A stretch of DNA of 64,000 bases from positions 1 through 64,000 of IMG/VR virus record IMGVR_UViG_3300005581_000001. One strand, written 5' to 3'. The stretch's first letter is position 1; every line of letters starts with the position of its first letter. The stretch is from a virus. The translations under genes were made by a program, and so were the position numbers. The notes under the pieces were generated by a model. That model saw nothing but the letters and a program-made list of their open reading frames with translations. It ran no database searches and was not told the origin of the DNA. Of this stretch, positions 29,693 to 41,800 are shown piece by piece.

Positions 29693-32600
29693 ATGGCAAA
29701 TAAACAAACAATATATAGCTACGAAGGTATGCTACAAGACGTTTCTAAAAGTAAATTTCCAAATCAATTTTACTTTGAAGGTAGAAATGTTAGAGTAGTT
29801 TCCACTGACTCGCAGTCTACAGGCGCGCTCACAAATGAAAAAGGAAATTCATTAATATTTAAAATTCCTACACCCGTAATTAATTATTCAACAAAAGTAA
29901 TTACATATAATTCAATCTACTTTGGAACAAAAACATTATCTTATTTAAATAGTGAAATAAATTATAGTCCAGCACAAAGTGGCGATCAAGTAATAATTGG
30001 ACATACGCATAGTAGGGAATTTTTATTATTATTTACTACTGACGATAATGGATTTGACTGTGTGTGGAAGATGAGGTATGACAATTATGATTTAACATTG
30101 TTGTATCTAAGAGATATGAATTTTTCTAAAAACACACCGATACAGGCTATTAATAATTTTGAAAATGAAATTATTGATAAAATATATTGGGTAGACGGAA
30201 ATAATCAACTTAAATTTCTAAACATAGAGCATTCAATAATAAATGGAGATTTAGAAAATCTTATTGATATTCCTATGAATGTTGTTGATATGGTTGGAAA
30301 GTACAATTTAACTCAACCAATAATTAACTCTATATCTACAGGCGGTGTTCATACTTCTGGAATGATTCAATATGCTTATAATTTATATAGATTAAATTCT
30401 TCTCAAACAAAAGTATCACCGTTAAGTGAATTGATACCTTTAGATAAAGGTAATCTTGGTGGCGGAGCTGTAAATGAGTTAGTTGGGTCTATACCAAGTG
30501 TATCTATATCTAATATAGATGAAGCTTATACCAATATAAAAACATACGCTATAAAATACACTTCTTATAATGAAGTGCCTACTATATCAATTATAGATGA
30601 CAGAGAAATTCCTTCAAGTAAATCAATAAATATATTTGATGACGGTAATATAATAAGTACAGTATCTATAGAAGAATTTCTTTTCTTAGGTTCAGATATA
30701 ATAATACCAAAACATATAATAAGCAAATTTAATAGATTATTTTTATCTAATTATAAGGAGATAAATTTTATAGTTGATTTGGATTTTAGAGCGTATTCAT
30801 TTAATAGTTCTAAATTAGCAAAAGTTTATGATAATTTAAGATTAATAGCTGGTGTTCCATCTGGAGATTCGTTTGAGTTAAGTGCCGTTTCAGGCACTCC
30901 AGATTATTTAAATCCTACGTTAACAAAAAACGATTCTGTAAACCTTAATTACAATGATTATAAATTCCAATCTAATGGGACTACTAAAGGCGGTGAAGGT
31001 AAATATCTAAAATATGAACTAACAACAACAACTGCTTTTGATCCTGACAATAAATATTTTAAAGATGATGAAGTTTATAGAATAGGTATTGAGTTTTTTA
31101 ATAAATATGGACAATTTTCTTTACCAAATTGGATAGCTGATTTTAGGTCTCTTTCAGGCAATTTACAAGGTAACTATAATACTTTTAAGTTTACACTTAA
31201 ATCTGATTTCTTTACATGGTTAAATACATCTAATCTAAACGATTACGAAAAACCTGTAGGATATAAAATAGTAATGGCTGAAAGGACATTAAATGATAGA
31301 ACCATTATAGCTAATGGATTGATAAATAGCATGATGATTAATGAAAAATCAACACGCGGTGTTATGCCGTACGATGAAATAAAAGTTAAATCAGACTCTT
31401 TAATAAAACTACCAAATATACTTCAAAGAAATTGTAATCAAACAGAAATATATGGCAATGTAAAACCGCTAAGAAGAGCTTCTCACCTAGACTATTTAAA
31501 CAGAATGTCAAGAAATCCAAATACAGAGGTTATGGGAAGATATATATATGGAACTAGCGGAACTGAACATCACACTGAAGAAGCAACAGGTACTTTATAT
31601 CAATATAATTCAATGTTGCAATTGTATTCTCCTGAAGTATTATTTGGAGGCTCTACATCGCTAACTAATGGTCTTAGATTAAGAATAAAGGGAGCTTTAA
31701 AAAATTCAGTAAACAATTCTTGGACAAGAGTACTTGATACTAGTATAGCAACATATACCATTCTTCATGAAGGAAAAGCAATTAATGGAATATCACCACA
31801 TTATTCTCAATCAGCCGAATCAATATCTGGCAATGTGTATAGTACTTTAGGTTGGGGATTAATTTCTGCTCCTGCAGACAGAAAAGCTGCAAGAGCTGCT
31901 CACTCTATGTTTTATAGAGGTTATGGAGATATTCCAAATACATCTATTGCTGGTGGAGATACATTAGCTCTAACTAACCCTTTATCTATGTCTTCTGGAG
32001 TCGATACAAATTCATTAATGGGCCTTAGTTCTGGTGGCAGGGAAATAATAACTACTTTAGACGCAACACATCTAACAACTACAGTTTCATATGAAATAGT
32101 TCCTAGTGTTGGATACACTACTATACCATATACCGTTGGTATTTATTCAGATATTGAAGGAAATAATTTAATAGCTGGCACTCAATTATCTGCAGTTATA
32201 GGAACACAGACAACTTCTAAGACAGAGACTGTACTCAGTCCTAATAGTTACTTCTTAAAAATAACAGCAGTTGTAGAGCTTGCAGGGGTTATAAATGTAA
32301 CTGTTTCAGAGGCAGTAATAGCTACTCCTGAGTATTTAAAGGCAGAAAGCCTGTTAAATTATTTTACAGTGGGTACGGTGGTAGCTCCTGTAACTAATTT
32401 CTTTACGCCAAGCCCAATATCTACATATGTGGATATATATGGAGTTCCTGAGTTTACTGAAAAAGGTCAAGGCGGAACAACGTATAACAATGATTATAAG
32501 TATAGGTATACAAACTCATTAAAAAGTTTTTTATCAGACGGATATAAATATTACGATGAGGACGGTTCATTTGCTCGTAAAACTATATCTATAAATAGTT

Positions 32601-34237
32601 ATGGAAACAGGTGTATAACTTTAGTTTGCGGTGATGATTTGACGTCTACTAACAGTTGGGATAGGCCAAAATTAGAAACTATTTTTGCAAATACTGGAAT
32701 AGGAGGGGAAAATAATGCATTAATAGGCGAGTTAGTTAAATCAGATGTTGATATATATTTAGGTAATATATACGGAGGAAATAGTTATGAAGACAAGAAA
32801 AGAAGTAACTATATCGAAGTTGGTAATTATAATAAAATAAATCAATCATTACCTACTGTAATAATAAATTCTCCTGGCGATACATTTGTAAGTGCGTTTA
32901 GATTTGCTAGAATAGTAAAAACAGATACAGATATAGTTTCGGAAGGAACTTATCAATTAGAGGAAATAGTTGAATTCATAACGGAAACTTCTATTGATTT
33001 AAAAAACAGAAATGACTTAAGTTTAGGGGCTTGGGATAATAGATTTTCTCCTAGCGATAGCGAATTTCATAAATACAATAAAGTATATTCTCAATTACCT
33101 ACATTGGTTAAAAGAAGAAATTTAAACTACACATCTAAAAGACTTACAAGTTATGATACTAATATAGTAGCAACTAGATTAAAGTCAGCTGGAGAAACAA
33201 TAGATAGTTGGACTGACGTTCAATTAAATGAAGTTATGACTCTAGATGGCAAACATGGAAGTGTAAATTCTTTAGTAAGCTTTAGTGATGAGGTTTATGC
33301 TTTTCAAGATAAAGCCGTTGCGTATATATCTATAAATCCAAGAGTTCAAACCCAGGGTAGCGATGGATTATCCATACAGTTGGGAACTGGTAATGTTTTA
33401 GATAGATATAAGTATATTACAACTATATCTGGGAGTGTTAATAAATGGAGTATAGTTTCATCTTCAAGAGGAATATATTACTTTGATTTAATAAACAAAG
33501 CATATATGTCATTTAGATTGAATTCTCAAAACTCGTCTAGTGCTAATAATATTCAATTAGAAGGACTATCTAATAATTATGGTATGCACGCTTATTTTAT
33601 AAATAATATTAACGCAGACAGCCTTAGAATAGATAATCCGTTAATAGGTACTGGAATATCATCTGGATTTGATTATATTAATAATGATATTTTTATGACT
33701 TTTAATCAAACTGGAAAAGAGTCATTTACATTATCGTATAATGAAGTAAAAAATAAATTTATATCATTTTATGACTATAAGCCAAGTATGTATATGAGTA
33801 GAGGAGAGCACTTAATAACAACTTCTCCAGACACTAAAAGCATATATAGACAATATGCTGGAAATTATAATACTTTTTATGGATTTTATTACCCATCGTC
33901 AATAACATTTAATGTTAATCCAGAAGCAACTCAAGATTGTGTGTTTGATAATATTAACTTTAAGTCTGAGGTTTATTTAAACGATGTTGATATAGTTGAT
34001 AAAACTATAACACATATTAAAGCTTATAATGATTATCAAGATTCAACACTAGTTCCATTAGTATTAGGTAGAAACAATAACCTTAGACGTAAGTTTAGGG
34101 ACTGGAATGCGTTAATACCAAGAGCTGGTAGGAATAGAATAAGAGCTCCGTTTATAAAATTGAAGTTAGAATTTAATCAACCTTCTAATAATTATAAACT
34201 AATTATGCATGATGTTGGAATTTATTACACAGTATAA
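29693..34237 (+). CDS. Tail stabilisation / muzzle protein
   Basis: About 1514 aa; LTNEKGN, IYWVDG, PGDTFV and RRKFRDW motifs; beta-propeller-like; start taken at ATG 29693. Confidence 0.8.
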   Translation: MANKQTIYSYEGMLQDVSKSKFPNQFYFEGRNVRVVSTDSQSTGALTNEKGNSLIFKIPTPVINYSTKVITYNSIYFGTKTLSYLNSEINYSPAQSGDQVIIGHTHSREFLLLFTTDDNGFDCVWKMRYDNYDLTLLYLRDMNFSKNTPIQAINNFENEIIDKIYWVDGNNQLKFLNIEHSIINGDLENLIDIPMNVVDMVGKYNLTQPIINSISTGGVHTSGMIQYAYNLYRLNSSQTKVSPLSELIPLDKGNLGGGAVNELVGSIPSVSISNIDEAYTNIKTYAIKYTSYNEVPTISIIDDREIPSSKSINIFDDGNIISTVSIEEFLFLGSDIIIPKHIISKFNRLFLSNYKEINFIVDLDFRAYSFNSSKLAKVYDNLRLIAGVPSGDSFELSAVSGTPDYLNPTLTKNDSVNLNYNDYKFQSNGTTKGGEGKYLKYELTTTTAFDPDNKYFKDDEVYRIGIEFFNKYGQFSLPNWIADFRSLSGNLQGNYNTFKFTLKSDFFTWLNTSNLNDYEKPVGYKIVMAERTLNDRTIIANGLINSMMINEKSTRGVMPYDEIKVKSDSLIKLPNILQRNCNQTEIYGNVKPLRRASHLDYLNRMSRNPNTEVMGRYIYGTSGTEHHTEEATGTLYQYNSMLQLYSPEVLFGGSTSLTNGLRLRIKGALKNSVNNSWTRVLDTSIATYTILHEGKAINGISPHYSQSAESISGNVYSTLGWGLISAPADRKAARAAHSMFYRGYGDIPNTSIAGGDTLALTNPLSMSSGVDTNSLMGLSSGGREIITTLDATHLTTTVSYEIVPSVGYTTIPYTVGIYSDIEGNNLIAGTQLSAVIGTQTTSKTETVLSPNSYFLKITAVVELAGVINVTVSEAVIATPEYLKAESLLNYFTVGTVVAPVTNFFTPSPISTYVDIYGVPEFTEKGQGGTTYNNDYKYRYTNSLKSFLSDGYKYYDEDGSFARKTISINSYGNRCITLVCGDDLTSTNSWDRPKLETIFANTGIGGENNALIGELVKSDVDIYLGNIYGGNSYEDKKRSNYIEVGNYNKINQSLPTVIINSPGDTFVSAFRFARIVKTDTDIVSEGTYQLEEIVEFITETSIDLKNRNDLSLGAWDNRFSPSDSEFHKYNKVYSQLPTLVKRRNLNYTSKRLTSYDTNIVATRLKSAGETIDSWTDVQLNEVMTLDGKHGSVNSLVSFSDEVYAFQDKAVAYISINPRVQTQGSDGLSIQLGTGNVLDRYKYITTISGSVNKWSIVSSSRGIYYFDLINKAYMSFRLNSQNSSSANNIQLEGLSNNYGMHAYFINNINADSLRIDNPLIGTGISSGFDYINNDIFMTFNQTGKESFTLSYNEVKNKFISFYDYKPSMYMSRGEHLITTSPDTKSIYRQYAGNYNTFYGFYYPSSITFNVNPEATQDCVFDNINFKSEVYLNDVDIVDKTITHIKAYNDYQDSTLVPLVLGRNNNLRRKFRDWNALIPRAGRNRIRAPFIKLKLEFNQPSNNYKLIMHDVGIYYTV

Positions 34238-34292
34238 TTTAAAATATTATAAAATATATAGTTTAAAACTTGATTATATATAATATAAATAC

Positions 34293-34300
34293 TATATTTG
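34293..34300 (+). promoter_or_regulatory. -7 promoter element upstream of the cargo genes
   Basis: TATATTTG with TTG (34270-34272) 20 nt upstream. Confidence 0.65.
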
Positions 34301-34327
34301 TAGAATTACAAATATCCAATAACTAAC

Positions 34328-34363
34328 AAGGGGATGAACGTAAAAAATTCATCCCCTTTTTTT
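34328..34363 (+). terminator. Intrinsic terminator between the promoter and the first cargo gene
   Basis: AAGGGGATGAA / TTCATCCCCTT stem followed by a T run. Confidence 0.8.
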
Positions 34364-34375
34364 ATATAAAATAAT

Positions 34376-37045
34376 ATGGAAAAAAACAACTATTTTAACA
34401 ACAATATCAATCCAAAATATAATAATTACTTAAATATGAGACAATATGCTCAAGGTGGAAACCTTACTCGCTTTGATGAAGGCGGAACTCACGAATCATC
34501 TCCATTAGGCGGAATACCTCAAGGACAAGCTCCTGATGGGAAACAAAATACAGTTGAACAAGGAGAATCTAAAAAAGGAAATTTTATTTATTCTAATAGA
34601 ATAGCTTTAGATAAAGAATTAGTTAAGCAATTTAATCTTCCTGGTTATGTAGCTGGTAAGTCTGTCTCTGATGCTTCTAAAGCTATAGACGATAAGTTTA
34701 AAGATAGAGCTGATAAATATGCTCAAGAAACAAAATCTACACTTCTTGATAGATTATCTCAAGCTCAAGAATATCTTAAACAACAAGAACAATCTACAGA
34801 AGAGCAAGCTAATCAATCAATGCAAGCTAATTCTCAGCAAATTCCAGACCAAATGAACGGTCAAATTCCTGAAGGAATGGAAGAGTATGCTCAAGAAGAG
34901 CCTCAGCAAGGTGAAGAAGTTCAAAACATTCAAACGCCCTCACCTATAGCTGCTTTTGGCGGCTATCAACAAAAAAGATATGATTTTGGAGGTGTTGCGC
35001 CAATAGATGCTAGTGCTGGCGTTGGATATAATTTTAAACCGCAAGCAATGACTTCTAATTCTCCATTGACTAGTCCTTCCGTTTTAGCTAATGGACAAGG
35101 AACAACTGGAACTGGAACATCCACTTCTGCAACTCCGTCTGCTGGTCCAGGAGCTGGAGCTATAGTAGGAGCTGCGGGTACAGCTATGGAACTAGGTCAA
35201 CTAGCTTTTGGAAAAGCTGCTCAAGATACAACTGGATTAGCGGCTTCTGGACGTGTAGGTGGTGCTGGAATGGTAGGTGGAGCTGCTTTAAAAGGAGCTG
35301 CTGCTGGAACTGCTATTATGCCAGGAATAGGTACTGCTATTGGAGCTGGAGTAGGTCTTTTAGCTGGAGTTGCTGGTTTAGGAAAGGCTAGAAAAGCAGA
35401 AGAGAAAAACACTAACAATTTCGCATTAAATACAAATTCTCAATTTCAAGATCAACATGCTTTTGGTGGAGATTTAAATGGCCCTGGTAAAAAAATAAAA
35501 AATCCTGATGGTTCTTATAGTATTGTTAATACATCTACAAGACAAGTAACTCCTGGTTCTGTAGGAACTACAATTCCTGGAACACCTGGAAGTCCAGCGG
35601 TTTTACCTTCTGCAGGTGGAGTAAATGCTACTGACCCTGGAAGAAATAAAGCTTTTGCTCAAGCTAGAGCATCTGGATTACCAACATTCAATTATAATGG
35701 TAAAGTATATAATACTGACATTAAATTAGCAACACCTGGAAGGCCAGCTGTAAATCCTACACCAAGTATCGTAACTCCTTCAATACCTCCAACATATGAA
35801 ACTCAAACATCTGTAGAGCCAATACCAAATCAAGTTTACAATGTTCAAGCTCAAAGAGGAACAGCTGGAACTGGAGTTTTAAGACCTGGAATAGGCGGTG
35901 GTATAACTACAAATAATCAATATACAGCTAATCAAGACGTGGCAAATAGAGCTATTAATGCTCAGCAAGTTTATAATGTGGATGTTAATAGAAGATATGC
36001 TCCAGTAGTAGATGATGGAAGGAGTAATAACTCAGCTCAAATAGCTAATAGGAATGCTAAAGCTGAATTAAGAAGACAACAACTTCAAGGAACCGCAACT
36101 GCTACTGAAATACCTACACAATTAGGTTTGGAGAGAAAGAAAGTTGAAGCTTTAAGAGGGGCAGATTCTTTTGCTTATGGAGGTAAGATGAATCAGTATC
36201 TAAAAGGAGGTCCTTTCGACGTTACTGAAGATTTGACTCCAGAAGTGACGAAATTTTTAATGCAAAAAAATCCTAATCCAGAAATAGGAAATACAACTGC
36301 TTTGTCTGCATATAATAATGAAGCTATAAATCCTGGCTTATATTCAACAACTAAAGAATTAGATGGTGATAGATATAGTCTTAAAAATAGACTTGGAAGA
36401 GCTGGAGAGACTTTAAAAGAAAATGCAGGTGATTTAATGAGATTAGCTCCAGTAGCTATGAATGCTTATCAATTAAGTAAACTTAAAAAACCACAAGGTT
36501 TCCAATACAACACATTAAACAATAGATATGTTCCTCAATATGTTGATGAAGCCCAAATGCAAAGAACAATTGACCAAGAAGGTAATAATCAAATGGCGGC
36601 TATAACTCAAATGGGAGGTTCTGAAGGTGCTACTCGTAATGCAATACTTGGAATAGGTGCTAATAAAATGAGAGGACTAAGCGATGCTTATGCAAATGCA
36701 GCAGCTCAAAATAGAGCTCAAGATTCAGCGGCTCAACAATTTAATTTAGGAGTTGATTCTCAGAACGTAGCTATTAGAAATAAAGCTATTGATGAAAGAA
36801 GAGCTGATGAAGGAGCTTATGATGCTGCTAAATCTAAATTTAGATCTGTAATCGGAACGGATGTTGGAGAAATTGGTAAAGAAAAGAATGCTTCTGATGC
36901 GGCTATCGCTATGTTTGGATATACTAGAAAAGGAAAATTTGTAGTAGATAAGGATGGTAATAAAGTTAGCCCAGAAACATTAGCTAGAAGGCAAGCTGAT
37001 TTTGCAAAATATATATCAGAACAAAATAAAAAAGCAAATACATAA
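34376..37045 (+). CDS. Cargo / ejection protein 1
   Basis: GGTHESSPLGG motif, Gly/Ala-rich membrane hairpin (GTAIMPGIGTAIGAGVGLLAG), low complexity, no Cys. Confidence 0.65.
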   Translation: MEKNNYFNNNINPKYNNYLNMRQYAQGGNLTRFDEGGTHESSPLGGIPQGQAPDGKQNTVEQGESKKGNFIYSNRIALDKELVKQFNLPGYVAGKSVSDASKAIDDKFKDRADKYAQETKSTLLDRLSQAQEYLKQQEQSTEEQANQSMQANSQQIPDQMNGQIPEGMEEYAQEEPQQGEEVQNIQTPSPIAAFGGYQQKRYDFGGVAPIDASAGVGYNFKPQAMTSNSPLTSPSVLANGQGTTGTGTSTSATPSAGPGAGAIVGAAGTAMELGQLAFGKAAQDTTGLAASGRVGGAGMVGGAALKGAAAGTAIMPGIGTAIGAGVGLLAGVAGLGKARKAEEKNTNNFALNTNSQFQDQHAFGGDLNGPGKKIKNPDGSYSIVNTSTRQVTPGSVGTTIPGTPGSPAVLPSAGGVNATDPGRNKAFAQARASGLPTFNYNGKVYNTDIKLATPGRPAVNPTPSIVTPSIPPTYETQTSVEPIPNQVYNVQAQRGTAGTGVLRPGIGGGITTNNQYTANQDVANRAINAQQVYNVDVNRRYAPVVDDGRSNNSAQIANRNAKAELRRQQLQGTATATEIPTQLGLERKKVEALRGADSFAYGGKMNQYLKGGPFDVTEDLTPEVTKFLMQKNPNPEIGNTTALSAYNNEAINPGLYSTTKELDGDRYSLKNRLGRAGETLKENAGDLMRLAPVAMNAYQLSKLKKPQGFQYNTLNNRYVPQYVDEAQMQRTIDQEGNNQMAAITQMGGSEGATRNAILGIGANKMRGLSDAYANAAAQNRAQDSAAQQFNLGVDSQNVAIRNKAIDERRADEGAYDAAKSKFRSVIGTDVGEIGKEKNASDAAIAMFGYTRKGKFVVDKDGNKVSPETLARRQADFAKYISEQNKKANT

Positions 37046-38880
37046 TGAATAGATATTCAAACTACGAAACATCAGCATATAAGCCAATGACCACTCAAGA
37101 GATTTGGGCTCCTGCTGCAGCTATGAGACAACAACATAACGCAGCTGATGAAAAACTACAGACACAGATAGCTGAATTAGATAAAGTTAATCCTTTAGAT
37201 GTTCATTACGATAAAGCTCAAAAAATTAAATCTGACCTCCTAAAACAAATAGAGGGTCAAGCTGAAGTTTTATCTAAAGAAGGTTTTAACGGAAATACAA
37301 CATCTGGTGTATATAGAACAAATAGACAACTTCACGAACAGTTTTCACCAACAGGAGAGCTTGGTCAAATCAATGCGGCTAAAACCGCATACGATACTGA
37401 AAAAGCAACTTATTTAGATGATGCTACTAAAACTTCTAAGATAGGTCGCGAACAGGCTTTAAAGAACTGGAATAGATACGCAAAAGAAAAATATACTGGA
37501 TATAGCGAAGATGGTAAAAAAATAACAAATATAGGAGCTTTAGGCTCTCCTGCTTATCAAGATTATGAAACCGACAGAAATCAGTATCACGCATTGCTAG
37601 GTAAAATTACTAGTTCCGCAAAAGCTAGTGGACATGCTATAGTTCCTGATGCTACAACTGGATTATTAATGATGGTTAATAGAGGTGGAAACGTGGTGCA
37701 TTCAGATAATATTGATGCTTTAAATAACGCAATGAAAGGTATGAAGGATAAATGGGTTAGTGAAACTGGAGAAGGTCGTAAATGGGCTGATGCAGCTGGA
37801 TGGGACCCTAATCATACTAACTATAGAATCAATCAAGACTTTAACGCGATGAAAGAAATTTCTAACGTTGATAATAGAACTGAAAATTATGATGTACTAT
37901 CAGGACAAACGCCTGGCGGTAATCGACCACAGCCAATAGTTCCAACAACTATACATGACCCAAGTACGCAGAAAACGGTTGGAGAATCTATTAAAAAAAT
38001 AGATTTTAGTTCTATAGGTGCTAATAGACCTGGTTCAAAATATTCAGATAGACAAACATTTCAAGGATATAATGACGCCCCTAGAAGAGATTATGTTCCT
38101 GCAGGAAAAAATACCTATAAGGACATTATTAAAGATCCCGTACAACAACAAATATATAAAAAATCTTATGAAAAACTTGTAGCTAATGGCAAGATACCGC
38201 AAGGTCAAGATATAAACGATATAAATACAGCTAAAGTTGTTGGTTTTTATATGAATAAATATGCTAAAATACCAACTATAGCCAACGATGTTATTCTTCC
38301 AGATAGTGCTACAAATTCTCAACAATTTATGGGTCAATTTGATAAAAAACCTGGAGCTCAAAGAGATGCAGAAGCTCAAAGAGATTTAAATAATGGATAT
38401 AGAAGTATTATAGAGCCTGGAACTAATCGCGAATTAACTCCTGATGAATTTAGAGCAAAGGGGTATAAAGTTAAATACATAGGTTACGATAGTCATTTAA
38501 GTTATAATGGTTATAATTTTAAAGGAAATAATAAGAATAAACAAACTGTGTTAACGCACAAAGTTGAAGTTATTGGACCTGATGGAATTTCTTTAGGACA
38601 AGCTCCTATGACTAGAAGTAGACAAGAAATGGATACTCCTGAATTTAAAAAATCATACCAAATAAGTCAAATATATAGAAACGCTGTTGAACGTTTTGAT
38701 GACTGGGTTGTTCCAAAAGCATCTGATAATACAAAAATTAAATTTAAAGAAAACGGTATGTTTGATATTATTTATAATGGAAATTTATATGAAAATGCTA
38801 CTGGGCCTGAATATGAATATATTATGGATAAAGCAATGACTGAAAAACAAATAAAAGATGAGTCTAAGAAGAAAGAATAA
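37045..38880 (+). CDS. Cargo / ejection protein 2
   Basis: 611 aa, helical N-terminus (MNRYS...YKP), coupled to its neighbours, no Cys. Confidence 0.55.
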   Translation: MNRYSNYETSAYKPMTTQEIWAPAAAMRQQHNAADEKLQTQIAELDKVNPLDVHYDKAQKIKSDLLKQIEGQAEVLSKEGFNGNTTSGVYRTNRQLHEQFSPTGELGQINAAKTAYDTEKATYLDDATKTSKIGREQALKNWNRYAKEKYTGYSEDGKKITNIGALGSPAYQDYETDRNQYHALLGKITSSAKASGHAIVPDATTGLLMMVNRGGNVVHSDNIDALNNAMKGMKDKWVSETGEGRKWADAAGWDPNHTNYRINQDFNAMKEISNVDNRTENYDVLSGQTPGGNRPQPIVPTTIHDPSTQKTVGESIKKIDFSSIGANRPGSKYSDRQTFQGYNDAPRRDYVPAGKNTYKDIIKDPVQQQIYKKSYEKLVANGKIPQGQDINDINTAKVVGFYMNKYAKIPTIANDVILPDSATNSQQFMGQFDKKPGAQRDAEAQRDLNNGYRSIIEPGTNRELTPDEFRAKGYKVKYIGYDSHLSYNGYNFKGNNKNKQTVLTHKVEVIGPDGISLGQAPMTRSRQEMDTPEFKKSYQISQIYRNAVERFDDWVVPKASDNTKIKFKENGMFDIIYNGNLYENATGPEYEYIMDKAMTEKQIKDESKKKE

Positions 38881-41800
38881 TCCTTACGAAAGTCAGTTTA
38901 AAAACTCTGATATAATAAATAGATTTTTATCTGAAAATAAGTTTGTAAATAATGCTCCAAGTAATATGGAGACTGTTTATAATGCAGAATCTAAAACTCC
39001 ATTATTAGGAACTAATACTGGATTAGGAGAGTCTTCTTATGACGAAGATTTAAATTGGTATTCACATATAGATGAAAATGATCCACAAGATTCAATAAAT
39101 GAATATAGAGCTCAAAAACAATCTGCCTGGGATCAACTAGGTGCTGGACTCGGAAGAACAGCTGTAAAAGCTGCTGTTGAAACTTCTAAACTTCCTGGGA
39201 TCATAGGTGGTTTAGTTGGTGGCATTGCGGGTCAGATAAATGATGCTAGTACTGGAGAAGATAATACGAACTTTATAGATACCGTTTTTAATAATGGATG
39301 GATAAAAGGTTTGGATTCAATTAATGAAGAAATAAAAAGTGAATACCTTCCAGTATATGTAAAAAAAGCTGTACGAGATGGTGACTTAGGAGACAAAATT
39401 ATGTCTTCAGCATTCTGGGCTACCGATGGTGCTGACGGAGCTGGATTTGCATTAGGAATGATACTTCCTGGAGCAATGCTTGGTAAATTAGGTCTTGGCG
39501 CTAAAATGATTGGAGCGGCTAACAGGATGGACAAGGCTAGAGAATTATTTGCAGGGGCTGAACGAGCTGAAGAATTTGTAAAAGCTGCTAATAAAATTGG
39601 AGCAACTGCAAGAAACATAGACAGCGGTATATCTATAGGGTATAATACAGCTGCTGAAGCAGGTGCTGAAGCTACTCAAGCTGGAACAGAAACTAGAGCT
39701 AATGAAGGAAAAATAGTTAATGGGTGGAAGGCTTCTGGATATCTAAATACTCCAGAATATCAAATAGAAGCTAAGAAATATATCCAAAGTTTAGATGTTA
39801 AAAGAAGAAATGGACATCTAACAATGGATCAACAAAATGAATTAACTTCTGATCCGTTAAAAGTTCAAGAAGCTGTACTTCATCAAAGATTTGAAAATGA
39901 AGTTACCTCTATGCAATCAAGTATTTTTGGTAGAAACGTAGCAATACTTTTAGGCCCAAATACATTAATGCATATGCAGTTATTTGGTAGAATTGGAAGG
40001 AGTGCTGAAAAAATAGCTGAAAAAGGAGCTGTAGAAACAGTTGAAAATGTTGGCAGAATGTCTAAAATACTTAATAGCTCAATAGGAAAAGGAGTTACTA
40101 AATTTGGAGAGAGAGTTGCTAAAAATACACTATCTGAAGGATTTTTTGAAGAAGGTTTGCAAACATCCACAGCTAATCAATTTAAAAAATATGTTGCTGA
40201 AAACAGAGCTGAAGAGGTTGGTTTTGGAGACACCATACCAGACACATTTACTGAATATGCTAAAATGCTGGGAACTACAGAAGGTCAAGTTTCTGTAATG
40301 CTTGGAGGCGTTTTAGGAACTGGAATGACAAGTATAGCAGCTCACGGTCAAGCTAAACGCGAAGCTAAAATTAAGAATGAAATAACAAATAGATTGTCAA
40401 TTCCAATGAATAATCTTAATAATATATTCAATATCAATGATATATATAAAAAAGATGAAAATGGAGCTATAGTTTATAAAAAAGACGCTCAAGGAAATCC
40501 TACCACAGAACCAGATATAGATTTAGTTAAGTCTCAAGAAGTATTAAGAAGTTTGATACTTACTGACGATAAATTAAATAGATATAAAGAGGCTGTTGAT
40601 AATGGAGATAATAGCTACTTGGATGAACAACAAAGTAACGCTATGTTTCAACTAGCAAAAACAGCTGCTTATAATGGAGAAAAAGGATTGTCTTTACTTA
40701 AAGAGCAATTAGACGCTAATAGTCAATTAACTGATATTCAAGAAAGAGACAAAAATAACGATGGTAGTAAAAAAACTTATAAACAAATAGTTGATGAAAC
40801 TATGGAAACTGCTAAGTTTTTACAAAAACAAAATGATAAGTTTCAAGATTTTAGTAGTACTATAATTAAATTAAATGACGAAAGACTTGATGACCCATCT
40901 AAAGCTAAAATATATAGAACCGCGTTCTTAAATGAGCTTAATAGTAGATATTTAAATGTTCAAAATAAACTTAGATTTAATAAAGCTAAATTAGAACAAT
41001 TAAATAAAAAAAGAAATGATATTTTTGAAGAGCTTGGAATAGACCCTTTATATATGTCTGAAGCTGAATCTCCTTTAATAAAAATGAAAAGCGGAATCGT
41101 ATCTAATGAAGATATAAATACAAGAGCTAAAAAGACTAAAGAAGCTATTGATAGCAACGAATTAGTAAAACAAGTAGAGGAGGAATATAATAAAGTTTCT
41201 AAAGATATAGAAAAAAATAATAAAGATATTTCTGAAGTTTGGAAAGGAAATATTGTTGATAAATCATTTAAAGATTTTGTAGGTGACTATTTAGAAGTTG
41301 AAGAAGAAGCAAATGAAGATAGTTTACAAAATCATCAAGACGTTGTGGATACTATAAATTCTTTTGAAGATAAAGCTTCTTTAGTAGAATATCTTAAAGG
41401 TTTAGACCAAAAATTTAGAGATAATGATTTTATTCAAAATGAATTTAAAGACAGATATGCCTACATAGGTGAGCAAGATAAAATAAAAGAAGAATTAAAA
41501 AGAGTAGAAGAATTAGAAGCTGAGAGTCAAAAATTTGAAGAAGACGAATTGGTTGGTACTGATACAACTCCAGAAACTACAGAGACTGTCATAGATAATG
41601 ATAACAATAATGGATTAGAAACTTCTCAAACTTCTGATAATAAAGAAGTAGATGAAAATGGAGAAGTATTTGATAAAGATCCTTCTAAAGAAAATAATTT
41701 AGATGATTCTACTAATCCACTAAAAGTTGCTAAAAATCAAGGAGCAGCTAGAATTATTAGTACTAATCAACAAACAGGAGAGGCTTTATATCCAAATCTA

